Shown here in pieces: positions 40,023 to 49,380 of a DNA stretch of 49,474 nt. Made by a program: the position numbers and the translations under genes. Each line of letters opens with the position of its first letter. The stretch's first letter is position 1. The stretch is taken from contig JBDTEK010000137.1 of the NCBI GenBank assembly GCA_039922575.1, forward strand, positions 1 to 49,474, read 5' to 3'. Under the pieces are notes generated by a model. That model did not search any database. It was given only the letters and a program-made list of their open reading frames with translations, and was not told where the DNA came from. The DNA is from Ginsengibacter sp. (GTDB taxonomy: Bacteria; Bacteroidota; Bacteroidia; Chitinophagales; Chitinophagaceae).

Positions 40023-40949
40023 TTACCTTCTTCCACCCGGGCCACCCGGCCTGTTACCTGCTCCACTTGATGGGCGGCGTTTTTGAGGGCCTGCGGCACT
40101 TCCACTACCACCACGTCCTCTTCCCGGACCGCCTGCACCGGCAGGGTTGTTACTTCTACGGCGATCTCCACCTCTGCCTTCCTCAGCGCCTTCGTCAAAT
40201 CTCATAGCACGTGATTCATTCTCATCTGTTTCTTCAGTATCTTCTTCCTTTTCAGCCTGTCTTTCTGCAAGTCCTTCTGCAATGGCAGCCGCTATGTAAT
40301 TAGTAATAATGGCTATTGATTTGGTAGCATCATCATTTGCCGGAATCGAAAATTCAACTTTATTTGGATCACAATTGGTATCCACCATCCCAAAAGTAGT
40401 GATGTTCAGGCGTTTGGCTTCTGAAAGCGCGATATGCTCATGGCCAATATCTACCAAAAATAATGCAGCGGGAACACGACTAATTTGCGCAATGCCACCT
40501 AATACTTTATCCATTTTATCGCGATCGCGTGTTAAGGTAAGGCGTTCCTTTTTGGTGATACTGTCAAGCGTACCATCATTAAGCATTTTTTCAATGGCCT
40601 GCATCTTTTTTACACTTTTACGAACTGTATTAAAGTTAGTAAGCATTCCGCCCAGCCATCTTTCTGTAACAAAGGGCATGTTTACCCTTTTTGCAGCCTC
40701 AGTTACTATTTCTTTCGCCTGCTTTTTAGTAGCTACAAACATTATTTTTTTACCGCTTTTAGCAATTGATTTCATTGCAGCAGCAGCTTCTTCAAGCCCT
40801 TCAACGGTTTTGTTGAGGTCAATAATGTGAATACCTTTTTTTTCAGCAAAAATGTAAGGTAACATTTTAGGGTTCCACTTCTTTTTTAAATGGCCGAAGT
40901 GAACGCCTGCTTCCAAAAGCTGCTGTTGTAAAGAAGTATTATTTTCCAT
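40023..40949 (-). CDS. rpsB: 30S ribosomal protein S2 with Gly/Arg-rich C-terminal tail
   Basis: LLEAGVHFGH, WNPKM, RWLGGMLTN, IPANDDA. Confidence 0.98.
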   Translation of the reverse strand: MENNTSLQQQLLEAGVHFGHLKKKWNPKMLPYIFAEKKGIHIIDLNKTVEGLEEAAAAMKSIAKSGKKIMFVATKKQAKEIVTEAAKRVNMPFVTERWLGGMLTNFNTVRKSVKKMQAIEKMLNDGTLDSITKKERLTLTRDRDKMDKVLGGIAQISRVPAALFLVDIGHEHIALSEAKRLNITTFGMVDTNCDPNKVEFSIPANDDATKSIAIITNYIAAAIAEGLAERQAEKEEDTEETDENESRAMRFDEGAEEGRGGDRRRSNNPAGAGGPGRGRGGSGSAAGPQKRRPSSGAGNRPGGPGGRR

Positions 40950-40985
40950 TTATTTTGTATTAAAATTGTTTTTAAATATAGAATC

Positions 40986-41075
40986 AGGTAATGAGTAACA
41001 AGTAGTAAGTAGTACAAGAAAAGTAGTTCTATCCTGCGACTTGCCACTGACATCTCGCTTCTCATCTCTTCTCTC
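40986..41075. repeat. Degenerate 7-bp periodic repeats (purine-rich block then pyrimidine-rich block)
   Basis: AGGTAAT GAGTAAC AAGTAGT AAGTAGT ... CCTGCGA CTTGCCA CTGACAT CTCGCTT CTCATCT CTTCTCT. Confidence 0.6.
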
Positions 41076-41465
41076 TTATCTCTTACTGAACTGGAAGCTC
41101 TTTCTTGCTTTTTTCTTACCTGGTTTTTTACGCTCTACCGAACGTGGGTCGCGTGTAAGAAGACCAGCAAGTTTCAAAGCAGGCCTGTACTCAGGATTAA
41201 CTTTTAGAAGTGCACGCGCAATTCCTAATTTAACCGCTTCTGCCTGTCCTTTCACTCCTCCACCTACTGCATTTACCACTACATCAAACTGATTAACAGA
41301 TTCAATGGCCTTATAAGGCGCTTCTACCTGGTTTTGCAAGTAAATAAGGGGGAAATAAGTCTTGTAATCCTTTCCATTTATAGTGATATTGCCTTCCCCT
41401 TTAGTAAGGAAAACTCTTGTTATGGCTCTTTTTCTCCGGCCTACTGCATTATTTTGTTTTTCCAT
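41076..41465 (-). CDS. rpsI: 30S ribosomal protein S9
   Basis: GRRK, GGGVKGQA, LTRDPRSVERKKPG, QFSKR. Confidence 0.98.
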   Translation of the reverse strand: MEKQNNAVGRRKRAITRVFLTKGEGNITINGKDYKTYFPLIYLQNQVEAPYKAIESVNQFDVVVNAVGGGVKGQAEAVKLGIARALLKVNPEYRPALKLAGLLTRDPRSVERKKPGKKKARKSFQFSKR

Positions 41466-41536
41466 TATAATTTTAATTTGAAAATTGAAAATGACAATTT
41501 GAAAAAAAAATCAAATTATCTCACTTTCTCTTTTTT

Positions 41537-41980
41537 TTAGAATTTTAGTGCTTGTGGGTTTTGTGCTGTATGCGGATGCGCATCACCTGCGTAAACAAAT
41601 AATTTTTTATACATTTTGCGACCAAGACGATTCTTAGGCAACATCCCTTTTACCGCTCTTTCTATAATTACATCGGGCCTGCGCTTTTGAAGGTCGCCTG
41701 CGATTTCTTCTTTTTTACCTCCGGGGTAACCGCTGTAATTGATATAGACTTTCTCATCCATTTTCTTTCCGGTAAATTTTACCTTTTCGCAATTGGTAAC
41801 AATGATAAAATCACCACAGTCAACGTGGGGAGTATAATAGGCTTTGTTCTTACCACGGAGAACGGACGCTATTTTAGCGCACATGCGGCCTACGGTTTGA
41901 TTAGTGCCGTCAACAACGTACCAGTTACGCTGCACGGTAGCCTCATTCGCATGTTTAGTGGTGAAATGTAATTTACTCAT
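41537..41980 (-). CDS. rplM: 50S ribosomal protein L13
   Basis: LRGKNKAYYTPHVDCGD, AVKGMLPKNRLGR, HPHTAQNP. Confidence 0.98.
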   Translation of the reverse strand: MSKLHFTTKHANEATVQRNWYVVDGTNQTVGRMCAKIASVLRGKNKAYYTPHVDCGDFIIVTNCEKVKFTGKKMDEKVYINYSGYPGGKKEEIAGDLQKRRPDVIIERAVKGMLPKNRLGRKMYKKLFVYAGDAHPHTAQNPQALKF

Positions 41981-42345
41981 CTTTGTTTTTTATTGATCTC
42001 TTCATCATTTTTATAAGAAGAAACCGGTTGAAATTTCGCCGCTATCCCGGCACTTTTTTTTAAGGATTGCGAAGGTAAGGTGAAGAAGTGCTAAATAATG
42101 CAGAATAAAAGATCAATTTTTAAGGCACCTTCATAACTCATTGATTATCTATTAAGAAATTGTCTTAATAAAATAATCATAGGATTTAATTTGCTTTCAG
42201 GACAGAGAAATTTGCATTTTAAAACCTCATGTCCAGGAACTTTTTTTAAACCGGATGATAATAATAACCATAAAAATTCTGTACAGCAGAATCAGTTAGT
42301 GTGGTTTAAACAAAAAATCAATTAAATTTGAAGTAAAGATTAATA

Positions 42346-42579
42346 ATGGATATCCAGATAAAAAAAGAATTACATCTATTAATTGAAAATTGCGAAAATA
42401 AAGATTTATTAATAGAAGCAAAAGAGTTGCTGCAATCTCCATCAGCAAATGACTGGTGGGATGAATTAAATGATGTAGATAAAAATCTGCTCATGAAATC
42501 AGAAGAAGAATATGAAAAAGGAAAATTCATAAGCCATCACAAACTAATGCAGGAAATAGGTCAATGGAAAAAGAAATAG
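42346..42579 (+). CDS. Putative antitoxin (addiction module component)
   Basis: 77 aa acidic protein, DWWDEL....K..L.KSEE....GK.ISH; overlaps downstream toxin gene via ..QWKKK/ATG. Confidence 0.7.
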   Translation: MDIQIKKELHLLIENCENKDLLIEAKELLQSPSANDWWDELNDVDKNLLMKSEEEYEKGKFISHHKLMQEIGQWKKK

Positions 42580-42842
42580 TTTGGTCAAATACAGCAAAAA
42601 CTGATTTTTTAAATATAGTATCCTACGTTCATGACAATTGGACAATGACGGTTTTTGATGAGTTTATTTTGATTCTGAATCGTAAAATTCTTTTACTTTC
42701 CAAATATCCTCATATAGGTTTTAAGAGTAAAAAATATTCAAGATTTAGAAAATAATTAGTCACAAAAAATTATTCGATTATTTATTCGGTTAAAAAAGAT
42801 TACATAGTCATTCTTAGACTGAAGCATAATGCTATGAAATAA
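42564..42842 (+). pseudogene. RelE/ParE family toxin interrupted by one in-frame TAA (42753-42755)
   Basis: MEKEIVWSNTAKTDF..I..Y...P.IG...RFRK*LVTKNYSIIYSVKKDYIVILRLKHNAMK; frame continues past the stop to a typical ~92-aa toxin. Confidence 0.8.
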
Positions 42843-43008
42843 GTTATTTTTCCAAAATCTATTTTTATTATTAGAAATTTCAGTAATGTTTTTTTGCCGG
42901 ATGCCGGACAACGAACTGGTATAAACAATGAAAATTTAAAACTGAAACTCAACCAAAAAATTCGGCTGCAATTCATTTTACATTTATATTTGCCTAAACT
43001 TTTTACAA

Positions 43009-43161
43009 ATGGATAATACACAACCTGTAGGCAAATATTGGATCATGTTTATTATAGCAGCTATTGTTCAACTTATCTTCCTGATCTGGATACGTGAATA
43101 TTTCTGGATCGTGCTGCCATTTGTGCTTACCACCTTCTGTAAATCAATCAGGATTATTTAA
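43009..43161 (+). CDS. Small two-TM membrane protein, 50 aa
   Basis: MDNTQPVGKYWIMFIIAAIVQLIFLIWIREYFWIVLPFVLTTFCKSIRII; TATATTTG -7 box at 42985-42992. Confidence 0.7.
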   Translation: MDNTQPVGKYWIMFIIAAIVQLIFLIWIREYFWIVLPFVLTTFCKSIRII

Positions 43162-43211
43162 AATATGGTTTTCGTATCGGACTGGTCGCGATCGTTAGCC
43201 AGGTCACATTA

Positions 43212-43666
43212 ATATCGGCCAAGTCACGACCTGTCCTTACTGTAAAACTTCTTTCAATTTATTGGCAAGATCGGTGCTCCTCCAGTTTTCAACGGTGCAA
43301 CATCCAATATTCGGACGATAGAGGAAGTTAAGAAAAAATTACAACAAAAGGCTTTTGCCCCCGGTATATAATATATCGGGGCTGGCTGGATACCGGTAGA
43401 TAATATTTTTTTATTTTTCTTTTTTAATTTAAATATTATCCCAACTAATTTAAAAGAAGGAAAGTGATTTTTCTCCGTTCTTGCAAGACCCATTTTCAAG
43501 GTTCAACTCAATTAAACCTCCACTTTCAATTTAAGTACCCACGAAAGTGTGGAAAGTCAGGATATGGTGTAGGATCATATTGAGCAAATCATAATTATAT
43601 CGGCCATGTTACAACCTGACCCTACTGTAAAACTTCTTTCAATTTATTGGCAAGATCGGTGCTCCT
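43212..43666. repeat. 70-bp direct repeat (43212-43281 and 43597-43666) duplicating the tlpA 3' end
   Basis: 44 bp identical (TACTGTAAAACTTCTTTCAATTTATTGGCAAGATCGGTGCTCCT) plus 26 bp with 5 mismatches. Confidence 0.92.
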
Positions 43667-44755
43667 TAATTCTGTCGCTATTATTTTCCCTTTAGGATCA
43701 ATTAATACATTATATGGAATGCCCTGCACCTGGTATAAGGTGGCGGCTTCACTATTCCAGAATTTCAGGTCGCTTACCTGCTTCCATACAAGGCCGTCAT
43801 CTTTTATAGCTTTTAGCCACGCCGCTTTGTCTTTATCTAAGGAAACACCAAGAATAGTAAAATCCTTATTTTTAAATTGCTGATAATTGGCCACCACGTT
43901 CGGATTTTCTTCTCTGCAAGGCCCACACCAGCTTGCCCAAAAGTCAACTAAAACGTATTTCCCTCTTAACGAGCTAAGTGTAAACGGCTTTCCATCCACA
44001 TCCGGCAATGTAAAGTCAGGCGCCATTTGCCCGGCTACAATTGCACTGCCGCCTTGCGGGTTGGCTTCCTGCGCAGTTGCATACTGATCAAATTGAGTTA
44101 CTACTTCAGCAACGGAAGAATTTTTAGGATACTTTTTAGTTAGTCTTGTCAATAAATTTTTAACTGTATCTATATTTACTTCCTGTGCATAGCTTAGCGC
44201 GAATAATGATACAATAGGGCTCGAAGAGGTGTCAGCATATTTTATTAAAAAGTTTTTATACCATTCGTTACTAATTTTAAAATCATTTTCGGCAATAAGC
44301 GCGAGGGAATCGTTCTTCTGCTCCACATAATTTTTCCTTCGCAAATCCTCATTCATCAAATTAGTATGAATAGAATCCAACATGATAATTAACCTGGTAA
44401 GCGAAGCATTGGCAGGCGTATTAAACTTAGAAGAGCGCAAAGTAGAATCATTTGCATTCGCGTTGAATTTAATATCATCATTGTCATTTATAAAAAGGTA
44501 ACCGGCATTTTTTTCAAACCTTAGCCTGTATAATCCTTCTTCAGGAGAAGTGGCTTTTACCTCAAATTTGCCTTTGGTCATTTCGGCTGTATCTACTACA
44601 TGCGGCGGATTTTGGTTAAAAAGTATCTGCTCCAAATAAACCTTCTGATCGGGGGCGTTGGTGAGCTCGCCCTTAACTTTAAAACTTCCTGTAGCATGTT
44701 TCTGGGCACAGGAAAATAAAAACATGGCGCTCAGGATAAATAGTAATTTGTTCAT
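43622..44755 (-). CDS. TlpA-family thiol-disulfide oxidoreductase lipoprotein (DUF4369-like N-terminus plus thioredoxin fold)
   Basis: Lipobox FLFSC; LVDFWASWCGPCREENP, GVSLD, IPYNVLIDP; start at MNKLLF (ORF extends to 44782). Confidence 0.92.
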   Translation of the reverse strand: MNKLLFILSAMFLFSCAQKHATGSFKVKGELTNAPDQKVYLEQILFNQNPPHVVDTAEMTKGKFEVKATSPEEGLYRLRFEKNAGYLFINDNDDIKFNANANDSTLRSSKFNTPANASLTRLIIMLDSIHTNLMNEDLRRKNYVEQKNDSLALIAENDFKISNEWYKNFLIKYADTSSSPIVSLFALSYAQEVNIDTVKNLLTRLTKKYPKNSSVAEVVTQFDQYATAQEANPQGGSAIVAGQMAPDFTLPDVDGKPFTLSSLRGKYVLVDFWASWCGPCREENPNVVANYQQFKNKDFTILGVSLDKDKAAWLKAIKDDGLVWKQVSDLKFWNSEAATLYQVQGIPYNVLIDPKGKIIATELRSTDLANKLKEVLQ

Positions 44756-45167
44756 TGATTTCCGTTGATTTTGTGTATTCATTTTAAACGATTCCCAAAT
44801 AATTACGCTTGAATCTTGCTTATAGATTTACGGCATTAATTAAAGCAATTAATCTCTTACTGCAAAAGAAACACTTAGAATTTATATTTCAAGAGAATTT
44901 TAAATATAGCCAACGGTTTAACTTAATTTTTAGTGAATTTGTTTGAGAATAACGATTGACTGTTAAATAACCCAATTTTAAAAACATCACTTCAAGGTGC
45001 CGAAATATTATCGAAATATGAATTACTTCGGACAGAGTTGAAAAAAGAACGAAATTATTTAATAATCGCTTTGTTATAGATAATTAACCGATGAAGAATC
45101 GCGCGAGGAGCGAATATTAAATAACCGCGGTGTTTATAATACTCTGCTCCCTTTCTTCACCTCCAGG

Positions 45168-46616
45168 TTATTCATTCAATTTTTTCATCAGCAGCATATT
45201 AACCTCTTTCATATCTGCTTTTCCCTTGCTTTTTTTCTTGACTTCTCCTGCAAATAAACCAATCAGGTTCTTTTTGCCTTTTTTGTACTCCACAATTTTA
45301 TCAGGCATACTAGCAAGCACTTCGTTTATCCATTGAAGTAAAGCATCGTCATTTTTTTCCTGCAAAATATTCAATTCTTTCGCGATTTCAAGAGGATCCC
45401 GTTCTGGAAATTCGATTAAAATTGGAAATATTTTTGATGCGGCTTCACCAAAACTCACTTTGCCTTCTTCTACAATTTCTGTCAGCTTTGCCATTGTTTC
45501 AGGTGAAATAGAAAGCTTTTCAATGGTAATATTTTTTTCATTTAAATACCATTTTACCGGGCCAATGATCCAGTTGGCGACCGCTTTATAATGGAGGGTA
45601 AATTCAACAATCTTTTGAAAAAAACGGGCGGTTTCCCTGTCATCACAAATAACTTTAGCGCTTTCAGAAGATATTGAATATTGCTCAATCAATCTTTTCT
45701 CCAAAACAGCAGGCAATTCAGGAAGAGAGGATTTTACCAGGGCTATTTTTTCTTCTGTAACAATAAAAGGAGCCAGATCGGGTTCCGGAAAATAACGGTA
45801 ATCATTGGCTTCTTCTTTAGTTCTTAAAGAAAAAGTAGTTCCGTTGTTTGCATCAAAACTCCGTGTTTGTTGAATCACTTCCTCTCCATTTTCCAATAAT
45901 CCAATCAATCTTTTTATTTCAAAATCAATGGCTCTTTTTACATTTCTGATCGAGTTCAGATTCTTTACTTCTACTTTTGTTCCCAGCTTTTTTTCGTCTT
46001 TCAGTTTCACCGATATATTAGCGTCGCAGCGCATGCTTCCTTCTTCCATATTGCCATCGCATACTCCAAGATAGCGCACGATCTTCCTTATTTCCGTTAC
46101 ATAAGCAAAGGCTTCTTCGGCAGAAAAAATATCAGGCTCAGAAACTATTTCAAGCAAAGGAACTCCTGCCCGGTTCAGATCTATAGAGGTGTAATGTGCA
46201 TCCGCATCATGAATGCTTTTGCCGGCATCTTCTTCTAAATGTATCCTGTTCAACTGTACGTTTCTTTCTTTGCCGTTTACATGTATGGTTACTTTTCCGT
46301 TTTTACAAATCGGCGTAGTATGTTGCGTAATTTGATACCCTTTTGGAAGATCGGGATAGAAATAATTTTTTCGCGCAAAATAATTTTGCAGCGTAATATC
46401 ACAGTTAAATGCAATGCCCAGCCTGATGGCAAGCTCTACCGCCATTTCATTCATTTGGGGCAATGTGCCGGGATGAGCCAAAGAAATAGCGCTCACATTT
46501 GTATTCGGAGCATTTCCAAAAACAGTGCTATCTCCGCAAAATAATTTACTCCTGGTAAGTAATTGCACATGCACTTCAAGGCCGATTACAGGCTCATATT
46601 TATCGAAATTTTGCAT
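45168..46616 (-). CDS. gatB: Asp/Glu-tRNA amidotransferase subunit B
   Basis: VIGLEVHVQL, RKNYFYPDLPKGYQITQ, HLEEDAGK, RCDANIS, YRYFPEPDL. Confidence 0.97.
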   Translation of the reverse strand: MQNFDKYEPVIGLEVHVQLLTRSKLFCGDSTVFGNAPNTNVSAISLAHPGTLPQMNEMAVELAIRLGIAFNCDITLQNYFARKNYFYPDLPKGYQITQHTTPICKNGKVTIHVNGKERNVQLNRIHLEEDAGKSIHDADAHYTSIDLNRAGVPLLEIVSEPDIFSAEEAFAYVTEIRKIVRYLGVCDGNMEEGSMRCDANISVKLKDEKKLGTKVEVKNLNSIRNVKRAIDFEIKRLIGLLENGEEVIQQTRSFDANNGTTFSLRTKEEANDYRYFPEPDLAPFIVTEEKIALVKSSLPELPAVLEKRLIEQYSISSESAKVICDDRETARFFQKIVEFTLHYKAVANWIIGPVKWYLNEKNITIEKLSISPETMAKLTEIVEEGKVSFGEAASKIFPILIEFPERDPLEIAKELNILQEKNDDALLQWINEVLASMPDKIVEYKKGKKNLIGLFAGEVKKKSKGKADMKEVNMLLMKKLNE

Positions 46617-46701
46617 TGCGGCGAAGATAAGAAAAAGGGATTTTAGAATTTAAAGTAGCGATTTCGGGTAATCGGCTGTTTACTTTCAAAAATTTAAACT
46701 G

Positions 46702-47061
46702 TTAATGTGAAACATAAAACTGTTGCTTTCCTTCATAATAATTGCATTGCTCCAGCGAACCTAATCTGAAACGCAGGGGAAGTTTGGTGGCTTTTTCTAA
46801 TAATAATTCCTGTTTACAAAAAAAGCCAAATTTGCAGGTGGAAAAATTTTCCGGAATAGCCTGAATGGCTTTCGGCAAAGCAGCCAATATAGAACGGGAA
46901 GATGTAAAATAATATAGTAAAGAATCAGGCGCTTTTTCCCGGTATTTATTGAAAACAACTGTGTTCTGTTTTACCTGCTCATTTATATTCTGGGCTGATA
47001 AAATACCACCTGTAAAAAAAAATATTGCCATCAACCCACAAATTTTATTCCAAAAAAACAT
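46702..47061 (-). CDS. Hypothetical secreted protein
   Basis: Signal peptide; C-terminal [34 protein letters not shown] looks like a conserved Bacteroidota motif. Confidence 0.7.
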   Translation of the reverse strand: MFFWNKICGLMAIFFFTGGILSAQNINEQVKQNTVVFNKYREKAPDSLLYYFTSSRSILAALPKAIQAIPENFSTCKFGFFCKQELLLEKATKLPLRFRLGSLEQCNYYEGKQQFYVSH

Positions 47062-47066
47062 AATCC

Positions 47067-47074
47067 TATCTTTG
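47067..47074 (+). promoter_or_regulatory. -7 box (TATCTTTG) for rpoN
   Basis: Exact TAnnTTTG 35 bp upstream of ATG. Confidence 0.55.
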
Positions 47075-47108
47075 ACCGTAATTTACAAATAAAAAAAGAG
47101 AAATAAAA

Positions 47109-48593
47109 ATGTCTTTAAGCCAGCGTTTACAACAAAAGCTATTACAAAAGTTATCGCCCCAGCAAATACAGTTAATGAAATTGCTGCAGGTGCCTACTGC
47201 CCATCTCGAAGAAAGAATTAAAGAAGAACTGGAAGAAAATCCTGCGTTGGAAACAAGTGAAGATGGCCACGATGATACTCATGAAGATCCGCAGGATGAT
47301 TTTGAAGTGGAAAGCGATGACTTTGAAAAAGATGGCAGCGAAACGGATTATGATAATTTAGACATAAGCGATTATGTAAATGACGGTGACGATGAAGTAG
47401 GAGATTATAAATATCGCGACGATAATTATGGAGATCCAAATGAAACTAAAGTAATTCCGCACAAAGTGGAAACTTCTTTTTACGATACTTTGAAAACGCA
47501 ATTATTAATGCTCAATGTTGATGAAAGACAACGCAAAATTGCGGAGCAAATTATAGGAAGTATTGATGATGATGGATACCTGCGCAGAGAAATTACTTCC
47601 ATTGTTGATGATCTGGCTTTTCGTCAAAATATTGATTCCACAGAAAAAGAAATAAAAGCGCTTATAAAATTAATTCAACAATTTGATCCGGCAGGAGTAG
47701 CCGCCAAAGACTTACAGGAATGTCTACTCTTACAATTAAAAAGGAAAGAAGTTGAAGGGCAGCACGTCCACGTTGCAATAGAAATTATTGAAAAATATTT
47801 TGAAGAGTTTACAAAAAAACACTACGAAAAAATTCAACGTGCATTGAACCTTGATGAAGATGCAATTAAGGACGTCATCAATCAGATCATCAAATTAAAT
47901 CCAAAACCGGGCGGCCAGGTTGGTGAAACAAATAAATTGCAGAGTTATGTGATTCCGGATTTCTTTGTACTTAATAATAATGGAAAATTAGAGGTTACCT
48001 TAAATTCTAAAAATGCTCCCGATCTGCGTATCAGCGAAGGTTACAGAGATATGCTAAAAGATTATGACCGGGGTGCCAAAAAAGATAAACGACAAAAAGA
48101 AGCCGTACTTTTTATTAAACAAAAAATAGATTCTGCCAAATGGTTTATTGATGCCATCAAACAAAGACAGCATACTTTATTAAGCACCATGACAACAATT
48201 GTTGACTATCAAAAACAATTTTTCTTAACGGGGGAAGATACTGATTTAAGGCCAATGATCCTGAAGGATATTGCAGAAAGAACTTTTTTGGATATCTCCA
48301 CAGTAAGCCGCGTTGCCAACAGCAAATTTGTGCAAACAGAATTTGGCACTTATCGCCTGAAATTTTTCTTTAGCGAAAGTTTGATAACCGATAGCGGGGA
48401 AGAGGTAAGTACTCGTGAAGTGAAAAAAATACTTAGTAACCTGATAGAAGAAGAAAGCAAACAGCGCCCGCTCAGCGATGAAAAATTAACTGAATTACTT
48501 CAGGAAAAAGGTTACAATATCGCCCGTCGTACGGTTGCCAAATATCGTGAGCAACTTAATATTCCTGTAGCACGCTTAAGAAAAGAACTTTAG
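47109..48593 (+). CDS. rpoN: RNA polymerase sigma-54 factor
   Basis: Q-rich region I, ENPALE, DISTVSRV HTH, ARRTVAKYRE RpoN box. Confidence 0.98.
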   Translation: MSLSQRLQQKLLQKLSPQQIQLMKLLQVPTAHLEERIKEELEENPALETSEDGHDDTHEDPQDDFEVESDDFEKDGSETDYDNLDISDYVNDGDDEVGDYKYRDDNYGDPNETKVIPHKVETSFYDTLKTQLLMLNVDERQRKIAEQIIGSIDDDGYLRREITSIVDDLAFRQNIDSTEKEIKALIKLIQQFDPAGVAAKDLQECLLLQLKRKEVEGQHVHVAIEIIEKYFEEFTKKHYEKIQRALNLDEDAIKDVINQIIKLNPKPGGQVGETNKLQSYVIPDFFVLNNNGKLEVTLNSKNAPDLRISEGYRDMLKDYDRGAKKDKRQKEAVLFIKQKIDSAKWFIDAIKQRQHTLLSTMTTIVDYQKQFFLTGEDTDLRPMILKDIAERTFLDISTVSRVANSKFVQTEFGTYRLKFFFSESLITDSGEEVSTREVKKILSNLIEEESKQRPLSDEKLTELLQEKGYNIARRTVAKYREQLNIPVARLRKEL

Positions 48594-48594
48594 G

Positions 48595-49281
48595 ATGGAA
48601 AACGTAATTACTGACCGAAATTTTCTTTCTTCACCGGAAGAAAACATACACCAGCCGCTTATTGTACGATGGATGGCGCATTTTTTTTCTCTTATTTTCC
48701 ATCCACTTTTTATTCCGGCAATAGCTACATGGTATATAGTTTTTTTGCAACCCGGATATTTTGTTGGCACACCATCAGGTGAAAAAGCTATGGTGCTAGC
48801 GCGGGTTGCATTTAATACCATTCTTTTCCCGGCGCTCACCGTTTTATTATTAAAGGCGGTTGGCTTTATTAAAAGTATTTTTTTAAAAACGCAGAGAGAA
48901 AGAATCATCCCTTACATAACTACCAACATTTTTTATTTCTGGATGTATCTCGTTTTTAAAAGCCAGGAAGAAATCCCCCTGATTCTCACCAGTTTTATTT
49001 TAGGTATTTTTCTGGCTTCATCAATTGCGCTGATAGCCAACATTTATTTTAAAATAAGTATGCACGCACTGGGCGTTGGCGCATTTTCAGGATTAATGAT
49101 GGTAATTATTTTCTCGGGTTTTTCTTATGCCATTTTCTTACCGGCAATGATCGTTTTTTTAATTTCGGGATTGGTTTGTACTTCACGTTTGGTAGTAAGC
49201 AACCACACTTCATTCGACATTTATGCAGGCCTCCTCTTCGGTATCCTTTGTCAATTCGTTGCGTATGCGGTTGTTGTATAA
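48595..49281 (+). CDS. Conserved membrane protein (PAP2-like) coupled to rpoN
   Basis: IFHPLFIP, RERIIP, KISMH, SRLVVSNHT; six TM segments. Confidence 0.75.
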   Translation: MENVITDRNFLSSPEENIHQPLIVRWMAHFFSLIFHPLFIPAIATWYIVFLQPGYFVGTPSGEKAMVLARVAFNTILFPALTVLLLKAVGFIKSIFLKTQRERIIPYITTNIFYFWMYLVFKSQEEIPLILTSFILGIFLASSIALIANIYFKISMHALGVGAFSGLMMVIIFSGFSYAIFLPAMIVFLISGLVCTSRLVVSNHTSFDIYAGLLFGILCQFVAYAVVV

Positions 49282-49380
49282 GGGCCGTAACATATAATAT
49301 ACTTCGGCGAATAATTTCTTGATTTCATTTTTTTTCAAGAAAAAAAGAAAAATTAGCAGTTGCTGTGTTTGATACTGATA

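Noticed and set aside
43212-43666. DGR template/variable repeat pair
   Set aside because: Coding portion is identical rather than adenine-mismatched, and no reverse transcriptase is in the window.
45085-45170. Imperfect inverted repeat downstream of gatB
   Set aside because: Too degenerate to support as an element; could be a decayed repeat.
448-48908. Numerous 60-170 aa ORFs antisense to or overlapping recognised genes
   Set aside because: Shadow frames of well-supported CDSs with no independent motifs.
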